A stretch of DNA of 64,000 nt from an uncultured Peptococcaceae bacterium (lineage in GTDB: Bacteria > Bacillota > Dehalobacteriia > UBA4068), in NCBI GenBank assembly GCA_964372025.1, contig CAYJPF010000002.1:9999-73998 (forward strand). The letters run 5' to 3'. This document shows, one piece after another, positions 56,343-64,000 of this stretch (its first letter is position 1; each line of letters starts with the position of its first letter). The notes under the pieces are model-generated. The model did not search any database, was not told the origin of the DNA, and worked only from the letters and a program-made list of their open reading frames with translations. Position numbers and translations under genes: made by a program.

Positions 56343-57471
56343 TATTTAAATTAAATTCATCCTTAGTATCCCGATAATAAAATATATATACTTCTGGATC
56401 ATCTGGATTTCTTAGGGCCCTACCCACTTTTTGGATAAAATCTAGCTCTGCTCTATCTAATTGAGTAATTACACAAGCCTCAATTCCTGGAATATTTACA
56501 CCCTCTTTTAGCATATTAACTACAAAAAGATTATTAATCTCTCCTTGTTTAAATGCTTCGAGAACCTGCTTTTTATTAGAGATCTTAGAGTGTAATATAT
56601 TAGGACTCAACTGATTGGCTTGATCAATGCTACCACAAAAACAAATGTATTTTTTAGCATTGACAGCGGCATCTTCAAAGAATTTCTTTATATGCCTTGT
56701 TTTCAAGGCAGACAAATATTTTTTCCGATCTAATCCCGTCTTTTTAATACTAAAATCCACTCTCTTTGTAAAACATTTCTCCGCTTGTTTTTTATAATAC
56801 TCTAAAGTATTACAAATCATATTATACTTCTCATACTCAGTGCACCAAATATTTAAATTAATATCTGGTTCCTTCATATAATCAAATCTATCTGGGTACA
56901 TACAATCTATAATAGGAAAAGTTCTATTCCTACGAAATTCGTACACCTGATTCCTTTTAGACTGATCGAGTACTAGCGGAATTAAATGTATATTTGGGGC
57001 GGTTAGTCATTTTTCTCTCACAGCATCTCGTAAAGATATAACGCTTTCCTTAAATTCCCCAAAAGTGCGAGTGAGTGCTTTTTTAATGTCATTCGATAAA
57101 GTAGCAGACATAGCGATTATTTTAGGCACTTTCACAGTAGCTAAATATTGTAATCGTAATGTAGAGCAATGATGGGCCTCATCTAAGCCAATTAGGTCGG
57201 CAGACGTGTGTTGTATATTTCGTAATGAAGCATAACACATAATTATAGTATTCTTCAGTAAATATTCTTTACCAAATTTCCTATACTCTGCTTCCCAATT
57301 CTCAATATGGGCCTGTTCACTAACGATTAGATAAGTAAGTTTGGGACCTAGATGTTCTTGAATTTTAATAAACCCAAGCGATTTGCCCACAGAAGTAGGC
57401 CACCCTAAATAAATTCTTTCGTACTTAGTGCTTCAAGAAACCACTTGATCTTGTAACTCGTCCCTAGTCAT
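56311..57471 (-). CDS. superfamily 2 (DEAH-type) helicase, ~386 aa (TGA at 57433 and 57007)
   Basis: Track ORFs 57007-57390 and 56311-56946 are in one frame, and the frame extends upstream to ATG 57469-57471. Motif I LGWPTSVGKS, motif II LIGLDEAHHC, motif III IIAMSATL, motif V/VI VVNMLKEGVNIPGIEACVI…QKVGRALR. Confidence 0.7.
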
Positions 57472-57883
57472 TAGTAAGTTCCTTGAGACTTTTAAAATCC
57501 TTTTTAGCGATTAGTACTTTTTTAATAAAGGCTTTAGGATTAATTTTCTTCGATGTTATATCAGGTTGTGGCAACCATTCTGAATTATACCCTACCCGAG
57601 CTCGTATACATTTTTTATATACCGCAGTATTTTTAGTAATGAGTTTTCCCAAAAATAATGCAAGAGCAGTAGAAGATTTATGGCTGAGTGCCAGTAATTC
57701 TTCACGAGTCCATTGAAGATCTGAGTTTAATACTTTACAAAGATCTTCTTCAAAAGATACTTTAATATACATGTACCCTTCCCTTGGGACGAATCCTACA
57801 TTAGGGCGAAAGAGATTAACATAGTTAATAGGCACAAGCATAGTACCTTGATAGGTTTTAATTGAATTATGTAAGTTGTTCAT
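57464..57883 (-). CDS. hypothetical protein (139 aa)
   Basis: Clean ORF with a TAG stop. Confidence 0.45.
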   Translation of the reverse strand: MNNLHNSIKTYQGTMLVPINYVNLFRPNVGFVPREGYMYIKVSFEEDLCKVLNSDLQWTREELLALSHKSSTALALFLGKLITKNTAVYKKCIRARVGYNSEWLPQPDITSKKINPKAFIKKVLIAKKDFKSLKELTND

Positions 57884-57891
57884 AGTAATAA

Positions 57892-58296
57892 TTATAAAGA
57901 TTTGACAATTTGTTTTAATTTATTGATATACTCAGGGTCTTCTGCGTAAGGCAGATTTTCCAAAAATATATAATAGTCTTCAATCGTATGATTTTCTTTA
58001 GTAAATTTATATTCAACTAATTGTTGATATTTCACTATTGAATACGACCAAGATTGTCCAGATCAATTATAATATTCCTTCTTGGAACTATTATATAATC
58101 CAAATAAATTATTTTTAGACTTAAAAACATTTGATGTAAAATGTCCTGTCTCTAAAATGGCTTGTGCTGTAACTACTTTAGGATATAGAATATTAAAATC
58201 AATACAAGCATTGTATACATCTCACTTAGTGAGAGGAGGATTTCCTAATACGGCTATAGCATAAGCGCATGTGATAAATTTAATCATATAAGTCAT
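57892..58296 (-). CDS. peptidoglycan hydrolase, glucosaminidase (FlgJ-C/GH73-like) domain; candidate endolysin (TGA x2)
   Basis: No ORF is listed in the track because of two in-frame TGA codons. The - strand translation is MTYMIKF…K[W]DVYNACIDFNILYPKVVTAQAILETGHFTSNVFKSKNNLFGL…, which carries the diagnostic AQAILE(T/S)G…NNLFG(I/L) motif. TAA at 57892-57894. Confidence 0.65.
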
Positions 58297-58615
58297 ATTT
58301 TTCTGTACAAAAAGAACAGTATAAATGATTGTGTAAAGCAATTCTTCCACAAATCTCACAAGTATTTTCCTCTTTAAAAGGCAATGTGGGTTGGTGCCCT
58401 TCCTTAGGTAATTTTCTTTCGATTTGGTGGATATCCGTCCATTCTTCTAAAAAATCTATTATTGCATAATAAGTTATTGTTAGATCCGGCGAAGAAAATT
58501 TACAATGTAGGCCGCCTTCACCCTCAATAACTGCAAATTCATAATAGTGTCCACGAATTAATCCTTGATAATCTGTGCTTATGTACGTTCCTGCTAAATA
58601 AATAGGTGCGTCCAT
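58280..58615 (-). CDS. hypothetical protein with a C-terminal CxxC…CxxC pair
   Basis: 111-aa ORF with a TAA stop. Confidence 0.45.
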   Translation of the reverse strand: MDAPIYLAGTYISTDYQGLIRGHYYEFAVIEGEGGLHCKFSSPDLTITYYAIIDFLEEWTDIHQIERKLPKEGHQPTLPFKEENTCEICGRIALHNHLYCSFCTEKYDLYD

Positions 58616-58616
58616 G

Positions 58617-58970
58617 TTACCACTGCTCTGGAGTTCGAAGTCTTCCTAAAATATCATTAGGAATTGTTGGAATTGGGGCAAATACGTTTGGAGCGCTCTT
58701 CAATAGCATATAAAGAGCTTCTTCTATGGTACTTGCTTCTCCTACTATAAGATCGCTATATCCTACTTGCCACTTTTTAGTGGCAGGATCTAAATCAACA
58801 TGGATTCCGATTGCATAGCAATTTTCTTGTTGTGGAGCCCTAACTAAATAGCTCTGTTTTTTACTCTCAACGTCCGCATACTCGTCTATATATAAAATAG
58901 GCATTTGTATTAGGGCGTCCATAATAGAAGTTGCTTCTATCTGTAAAATTTTATTAATTTTTTTTAACAT
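58617..58970 (-). CDS. hypothetical protein (117 aa)
   Basis: Clean ORF with a TAA stop. Confidence 0.45.
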   Translation of the reverse strand: MLKKINKILQIEATSIMDALIQMPILYIDEYADVESKKQSYLVRAPQQENCYAIGIHVDLDPATKKWQVGYSDLIVGEASTIEEALYMLLKSAPNVFAPIPTIPNDILGRLRTPEQW

Positions 58971-59494
58971 GTCATTCTATTAACAGTTTTAAAATAATTG
59001 TCTATTACCTCCATAGAAATTGGAGTAAAGTCGTGAAACTCTGTATTTACATTGAAATATTCTGGACCTAATTGAACTAGATTACCCAGCTCATCTATCG
59101 CACTGCCGTGCTTATGTATATGCCCATGTATATTTCCCTTAAAAAATTTCACTTCTTGAGGATGAATAGGTATGTGCGAAAGAATGTAGCCGTTATATTG
59201 CATACATCCTACAACAGGTATACCTAAGTAGTTTGCTATTTTTAAAGTCCTTTTTGTATCGTGGTTGCCTCCTATGATATATTTACTACCATTCAATTCT
59301 TGGAGCTTATACATCCAAGTAGGAGAATTCATTGTAATATCTCCTAGAATAAATACTGTATCATACTTAGTAACTACGTTATTCCAATTTTCTTTAATAA
59401 TAAGCCAATCTTCCGGAGCTTCTCTGCCCCTAATTCAATTTATTAAATTATTGTGACCTATATGAAGATCACTGGTAAAATAAACTTTACTCAT
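58964..59494 (-). CDS. calcineurin-like metallophosphoesterase (~176 aa; TGA at 59435)
   Basis: The track ORF 58964-59332 extends upstream through TGA to ATG 59492-59494. Motifs: SDLHIGH, ILGD, GGNHD, GNIHGHIH. Confidence 0.65.
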
Positions 59495-59542
59495 TAAAAA
59501 AAGAATTTAATAATTCACGCTTTGAGGAGAATACATCGATAA

Positions 59543-59902
59543 TTATTTAGATCTTAAATCTCCATCCCCCTCAATTACTCCTTCTACTTTACGCTTTCGG
59601 AGTTTTTCCAGGATTTGGAGAAGAATATGTTCCATATCTAGCCCTAGACACGAGCCTAATGAGAAATATTGCCAACCGATGTCACCTAATTCATATTCTA
59701 ATAAAAGTCGTTCTTCATCCGAGAGAACGCTAATATCAATATGGTTATCAGTAACTTTGATTTTATCCTTACGGATTCATTTAGCAATCTTACCACAAAA
59801 TTCTCCTACCTCAGATACTAGTCCTAGTGTCATGTATGAGAAATTAAAACTTGTGGGAAGGCAAGTGTCTAGAGCTTTTTTTTGGAATTCATTAATGTTC
59901 AT
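59543..59902 (-). CDS. MazG-like nucleoside triphosphate pyrophosphohydrolase (119 aa; TGA at mid-gene)
   Basis: There is no track ORF because of an internal TGA. Translation MNINEF…TLGLVSEVGEFCGKIAK[W]IRKD…ELGDIGWQYFSL shows the EExGE and ELGD MazG motifs. Confidence 0.6.
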
Positions 59903-59913
59903 TTAATTTAGTT

Positions 59914-60135
59914 TTACCATTTGGCTATGGATTTATCATAGCCTCTCTTTTGCAGAGTAATAGAGAGCCAAGTAATTAGGTACATCAAAGTTGCCCCCAA
60001 TGACCCGGCTAATAGCCCTACATATAATAAGCAATTCAATCGTGTAATTACTCTCATACAAATAATGTCAATTATAATTAGTATTAAATTAATAATAATA
60101 CCAATCACGTACAATGTTGTTAGCAAGTCAAACAT
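59914..60135 (-). CDS. small membrane protein (2 predicted TM helices)
   Basis: 73-aa ORF, highly hydrophobic (LYVIGIIINLILIIIDIICM…LAGSLGATLMYLITWL). Confidence 0.45.
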   Translation of the reverse strand: MFDLLTTLYVIGIIINLILIIIDIICMRVITRLNCLLYVGLLAGSLGATLMYLITWLSITLQKRGYDKSIAKW

Positions 60136-60497
60136 GATGATTTAAAAATTAAGTTTTTACCTTTTACTTCTTGACAGTGTTGTGTGGCTATATTCCTAAT
60201 CAAATATTTATACCGAGGCTCATTCTTCTTGTTAAAGTAAATAGATTCAGAGAGAACCTCCCATAGTATTTTAGGGTCTTTTCTAATCGCCACTATATCC
60301 CCAATTATAATGGCACTGTTCTCGGAGTTGTACCAATTATAAAAATCTTCCCAAGTATTTTTACCAGGAATTATTTTAGGGTCTTCTGCCATTGTAAATA
60401 GCCCTGCTCCTTTACAAAACATAGTTATTGCTAAATGAGCATTTTTGTAATATCCAATTTCGGATAAATGTTGATTAACTTTCTCTCTAGTAATCAT
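60120..60497 (-). CDS. hypothetical protein (125 aa)
   Basis: Clean ORF with a TAA stop. Confidence 0.45.
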   Translation of the reverse strand: MITREKVNQHLSEIGYYKNAHLAITMFCKGAGLFTMAEDPKIIPGKNTWEDFYNWYNSENSAIIIGDIVAIRKDPKILWEVLSESIYFNKKNEPRYKYLIRNIATQHCQEVKGKNLIFKSSCLTC

Positions 60498-60515
60498 AGT
60501 TACGTACGTTTAGAA

Positions 60516-60740
60516 TTATACAATAAATATTTTATTAGGCGACCATATACTTCGATAAACAAGTATTTGTCCCCAGATTGGAATAGCGGAAGAAACTACA
60601 AGAAATATTATTTTTTCATAGATCTTCATTAACGGAGTATCATTCCAGCTTTTGATGTTTTTTGTGAAAGCTATAGCTTGTCCTAATAATAGGATTATGG
60701 CAGTAATTACAGATACTACACAATACAGGATTAAAATCAT
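60516..60740 (-). CDS. small membrane protein (2 predicted TM helices)
   Basis: 74-aa hydrophobic ORF. Confidence 0.4.
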   Translation of the reverse strand: MILILYCVVSVITAIILLLGQAIAFTKNIKSWNDTPLMKIYEKIIFLVVSSAIPIWGQILVYRSIWSPNKIFIV

Positions 60741-60973
60741 TTTTTTAATAAATTAGTAATTTTTTTAAAATGTACCTCACTGAAATCGTCTCGATCCCGT
60801 TGATCACATTTTACATACTCAAAACACGCTCCCATAGGACTAAATTCGCAAATTTGACATGCGCAAGCAACGGCAGTACTGTCTAAAGTAACATAAAGGA
60901 TTCCCCCTATTGCAAAACACTCTCCTATAGCAGGTTGTGCTCTATAGTCTTCGTAAAAGTGCGAATCTCTCAT
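60737..60973 (-). CDS. small Cys-rich protein
   Basis: 78 aa with CACQICEF…GACFEYVKC. Confidence 0.4.
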   Translation of the reverse strand: MRDSHFYEDYRAQPAIGECFAIGGILYVTLDSTAVACACQICEFSPMGACFEYVKCDQRDRDDFSEVHFKKITNLLKK

Positions 60974-60974
60974 A

Positions 60975-61190
60975 TTAGTATAATTTTGTATAAATTATAC
61001 TAATGCCGTCGGTCCGTTCTCTTGCTAAACATCGTACATCAGTACACGATCGCCCCAAAGATCTTGCAGAACACCCATTACAGGCTCCTGCAGCCAATAT
61101 AGGCTTACGTATAACTTTGAATAATCCTAGCTTATGGGGAATTAATTTTCCCACTTTATCTTGGAATTTATTGTTGTTCTCCATAACCAT
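60975..61190 (-). CDS. small Cys-rich protein
   Basis: 71 aa with AAGACNGCSARSLGRSCTDVRC. Confidence 0.4.
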   Translation of the reverse strand: MVMENNNKFQDKVGKLIPHKLGLFKVIRKPILAAGACNGCSARSLGRSCTDVRCLARERTDGISIIYTKLY

Positions 61191-61647
61191 AGGTAAATAA
61201 ATGTTTATATGCCAAAGCTTTGCTAGTAAAAGTCATGCTTTGATTGTTTATTGAGAAATAGCCCTTTTCTCCAAGAGTTTTATTTGCAAGTAATAGTCGG
61301 TACTGAGTTGAACATAGTTTCCTATCAACGAAAGGATTCCCTTCGGACTCTGTCCTAACATAATGACTTCGTATTGTTACTACACGAGCCTTAGTTATTG
61401 TTTTGTTTATTACTACGTAAAATTCTTGCCCTAAAGAGTATTTAAATGTAGGCTTAAATGCGGGAGGAGTGCGAGGAAATAACATTCGCAATCCTATCAA
61501 AGACACTACAAGGTACGCAAGGGCTAACATAATTTTATCGATTAGTCCCATAAGCTGTAAATCCCATTCTACAATGTTGAAGCTTCCTAAACAAATGCTA
61601 GTGAGAATATATAGTCCCACATTAGTGCTAATAATATAGTATTTCAT
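61168..61647 (-). CDS. hypothetical protein with an N-terminal membrane segment
   Basis: 159-aa ORF with a TAA stop. Confidence 0.45.
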   Translation of the reverse strand: MKYYIISTNVGLYILTSICLGSFNIVEWDLQLMGLIDKIMLALAYLVVSLIGLRMLFPRTPPAFKPTFKYSLGQEFYVVINKTITKARVVTIRSHYVRTESEGNPFVDRKLCSTQYRLLLANKTLGEKGYFSINNQSMTFTSKALAYKHLFTYGYGEQQ

Positions 61648-62084
61648 TAAAAGTATTTATTTAGATTAGTGGTATTATCAATCTGAATGTAGTCTGAAAT
61701 AAATCCTGGTGCTAGTGAGAGAGCATTGTTGGTGTTTACGTAGTAAAACATAGTACAATCTTTTCCAGAGAGCCGTAGTGGATTCAGAACTCCCATATCG
61801 CCTAATTTTTTAATTAATTTAGGGCCTTTTATTACTCCTCCCCAGAATCCAATTTTCGGAGAAATACATTTAGAAGGAATTCTAGGATAGATAACCTTTT
61901 TTAAAAAGTCTTCTCCAGAAGAACGAGGATTATCTTCTAAAAATACTGACAAATCATCTATTAACTCGTCGAGGGGCACGATTTTAAACCATTCTTCTAA
62001 AGATTTTGGAGAAGGAGTAGGGGGAATAACAATTGGTTTTTGTAGAAGTTGTTTTGCCCAAAACTGGAAATTTATATTTTTCAT
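61647..62084 (-). CDS. hypothetical protein (145 aa)
   Basis: ORF whose ATG overlaps the downstream TAA. Confidence 0.45.
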   Translation of the reverse strand: MKNINFQFWAKQLLQKPIVIPPTPSPKSLEEWFKIVPLDELIDDLSVFLEDNPRSSGEDFLKKVIYPRIPSKCISPKIGFWGGVIKGPKLIKKLGDMGVLNPLRLSGKDCTMFYYVNTNNALSLAPGFISDYIQIDNTTNLNKYF

Positions 62085-62116
62085 AATATATATTTCTTAA
62101 TATTGTTAATTATACA

Positions 62117-62341
62117 TTACAAAATCCGCAAAGGAATACCTATTGTAAACTCATGTTCTGCGTAAACAAATTCTTTAGGTAAATCTGTTGTCAAAACTTC
62201 ATTCATAATTCTGCTACGAATAATTTGTTTAGCAGTAATAGGAGATGTTATTCCAAAATCTTGAATAGTTTCATCTATATGCATGTGCTTATAAAAATCA
62301 TCTTTTCTTCGTGCTACTATATGCGCTATAAATGTTCCCAT
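62117..62341 (-). CDS. hypothetical protein (74 aa)
   Basis: ORF with a TAA stop. Confidence 0.4.
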   Translation of the reverse strand: MGTFIAHIVARRKDDFYKHMHIDETIQDFGITSPITAKQIIRSRIMNEVLTTDLPKEFVYAEHEFTIGIPLRIL

Positions 62342-62342
62342 G

Positions 62343-62798
62343 TTAAAATTGAATTAAATTATTTACAGCCGCTTCGAAAAAATCTTTAGCTGGACAAATG
62401 GGATTTTGCTTATTAATATATAAGCGTATGAGAGGGTGTAATTTTGCCACTTCTCTATGAGAGACTATCTGAACGTCTACAGGCATGCCATATACATTCT
62501 GAGGAAGTTTATAATACAAAGTAGTAGGTTTATCTAAATTAAATCTACTTAGTATTAAAAAGATTTTTACTAGGATTTTCTCAGGAACACCTACTTTATT
62601 ACACTCAAATAGTTCCATATTTTTGAGAGTATTTGCGGGATTCATCCATATCTTCGACGATTCTCTTGACATAGTTACAACAAGAAATTCATTTTTAGGA
62701 AGATCCGGTCCAAATTTTTTTATACCATATCTCGATAATTTTCTCTTAGTTTTATTCCTAAGATTAATGCTCTTAATTTGAATAATAATTGTTTCCAT
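62343..62798 (-). CDS. hypothetical protein (151 aa)
   Basis: ORF with a TAA stop. Confidence 0.45.
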   Translation of the reverse strand: METIIIQIKSINLRNKTKRKLSRYGIKKFGPDLPKNEFLVVTMSRESSKIWMNPANTLKNMELFECNKVGVPEKILVKIFLILSRFNLDKPTTLYYKLPQNVYGMPVDVQIVSHREVAKLHPLIRLYINKQNPICPAKDFFEAAVNNLIQF

Positions 62799-63158
62799 AG
62801 TATTACTTAGTTAAAGACATATTACGAAATGATCGATACAAAAGAATAGGTAAACAAAGTGCTTTTATGCCTTCTAATATAGAAGAAGGTTTTTTAGATT
62901 CATTTCCTATATGCACAATTATGCATAAATATGCTTGTGCAAGCAGCCCCCATACTATTGCCAATAGTAACATTATAGGTATGGATTTTGGGAAATGTCA
63001 ACTATTTTTCCAAATACTGTACAAAGGATTGCTCCTTTTGCCACAGGCTTTACTGCCGGAGGTTTGGTTAAATAAATAACTTTGTCCTCTTTTTTAGAAG
63101 TGTAACATACTAAGATGTTATTAATACGTGGTCTCATGTCATGAATGATTTAAATGTT

Positions 63159-64000
63159 TTACTTAATTTTAACTAGTTTTTGATTAACTTCATCATAATC
63201 AAATCCTTTTCTTCTCAATGCGTCCAACAAAAGTTTTTCTTGCTCCTCTGTAGCAGGAATAGCGTCGTCCATATATCCCTTACTACATATTATTCCTAAA
63301 GTGCAATACCAATTATTGCGGTAAAAGCATACAGTAATTAAATTAGTTGCTCCTGTCCTCTTCTCAAGCTTCTTGAAGATAACTATCTCATTACGTTTGG
63401 GTAGATAATAAATTTCTCCTGGAATAAATTCAGACTTGGGAGAGTCCTTAACAGATTCAACGAGTGGTTCAAGAGCATTTAACTCTTTATTCCATTGCAA
63501 ACCTTCTTCTGCTAATTTTTTATGAAAATAATTAACAGCTGATTTAGGGGCTATCGTGAATCTTTGGCAAGCGTGTCCTCGATGCATTTCTGTACTTTTA
63601 GTCAGTGTGTTAGTACCATTGATTCCCGCCAGTACATATGCTCCGTCTTTAATTGGCGCCTTAATCACGAATGGCCACTTATCATTATCGCCACAATTAG
63701 TAGGAATATATACAACGCCTTTCTGCAATTCGTGTGATAGATATTTTCTAGTATATACTAACTCTTTATTAGTAGGATCATATCCCATATCTTTCTTTTT
63801 CAGAGCAGTGATAAGAGCCATTCTCTCTATAGGGGAAGCCCTCCTACAAACAGGAGGCTTTAAAAAGTAATTATTTTCTGTAATAATTACCTCAGAATAA
63901 TGAAAGGACCAGTTTGTACCAAGTATTGCTAAAATTCCTACATTACCCTTTGGAGTAGTCCCACTGTATATAAATACAGCTTGAGAATCTTTACAAGTAT
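63159..64000 (-). CDS. hypothetical protein, 5' end beyond the window
   Basis: The frame of track ORF 63159-63821 stays open upstream all the way to position 64000, with no stop and no TGA. The gene therefore starts outside the window. Confidence 0.5.
   Translation of the reverse strand, partial: TCKDSQAVFIYSGTTPKGNVGILAILGTNWSFHYSEVIITENNYFLKPPVCRRASPIERMALITALKKKDMGYDPTNKELVYTRKYLSHELQKGVVYIPTNCGDNDKWPFVIKAPIKDGAYVLAGINGTNTLTKSTEMHRGHACQRFTIAPKSAVNYFHKKLAEEGLQWNKELNALEPLVESVKDSPKSEFIPGEIYYLPKRNEIVIFKKLEKRTGATNLITVCFYRNNWYCTLGIICSKGYMDDAIPATEEQEKLLLDALRRKGFDYDEVNQKLVKIK

Noticed and set aside
62976-63137. Possible 54-aa minus-strand ORF (MRPRINNILVCYTSKK…) in the gap upstream of 62798.
   Set aside because: It is short, has no motif, and has ambiguous alternative frames. 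It is left unannotated as probable early-region intergenic or promoter sequence.
42763-63870. Plus-strand ORFs inside the minus-strand replication arm (42763-42960, 43474-43662, 44854-45174, 45081-45326, 45578-45775, 45935-46135, 48302-48490, 50652-51014, 50920-51168, 52515-52877, 54794-55189, 55942-56280, 57483-57716, 58082-58264, 59265-59456, 59679-59906, 61003-61200, 62867-63079, 63556-63870).
   Set aside because: They are antisense to well-supported genes with conserved motifs (RNR, amidoligase, GATase, ATP-grasp, SSB, DnaB, helicase, lysin, phosphoesterase, MazG). Several of the underlying true genes were missed by the track only because they contain TGA.
1-64000. Treating every track ORF boundary at a TGA as a real gene end, which would give many 60-250-aa late genes.
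   Set aside because: Adjacent fragments are in the same frame with only TGA between them. Conserved motifs continue across the breaks. TAA/TAG-free runs of up to 11 kb are incompatible with non-coding AT-rich sequence.

Overview
This 64 kb window is an AT-rich dsDNA phage fragment with two convergent arms. The + strand (1-34763) carries late/structural genes, including giant virion proteins; the - strand (34815-64000) carries DNA replication and nucleotide-metabolism genes. The arms meet at a bidirectional hairpin terminator near 34.8 kb.

TGA is a sense codon in this genome, most likely Trp (translation table 4-like); TAA, and rarely TAG, terminate. Many neighbouring ORFs in the standard-code six-frame track share a frame and are separated only by TGA. 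Reading through TGA restores conserved motifs, for example Pol I motif C VHDE downstream of an in-frame TGA. It also yields uninterrupted genes of 1885, 3747 and 1693 codons. I therefore merged track ORFs accordingly.

Other notable content:
- Two related group I introns, each with an HNH homing endonuclease. One splits a late gene at the window start; the other splits a RecA-fold P-loop ATPase.
- An HNH-containing intein inserted at the catalytic NPC|GEI site of a class II ribonucleotide reductase.
- A 3747-aa late protein containing a beta-prime-like DFDADKM motif, a candidate virion-packaged RNA polymerase as in crAss-like phages.
- A late 1693-aa protein with a RecB/Cas4-like nuclease domain.
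- A retropepsin-like aspartic protease.
- A divergent ThyX.
- A compact cluster of two glutamine-synthetase-fold amidoligases, a class II glutamine amidotransferase, a class I GATase/peptidase C26 and an ATP-grasp ligase, embedded in the replication arm. This looks like an undescribed gamma-glutamyl-type modification system.

All calls come from reading the sequence and motif recognition; no database searches were run.
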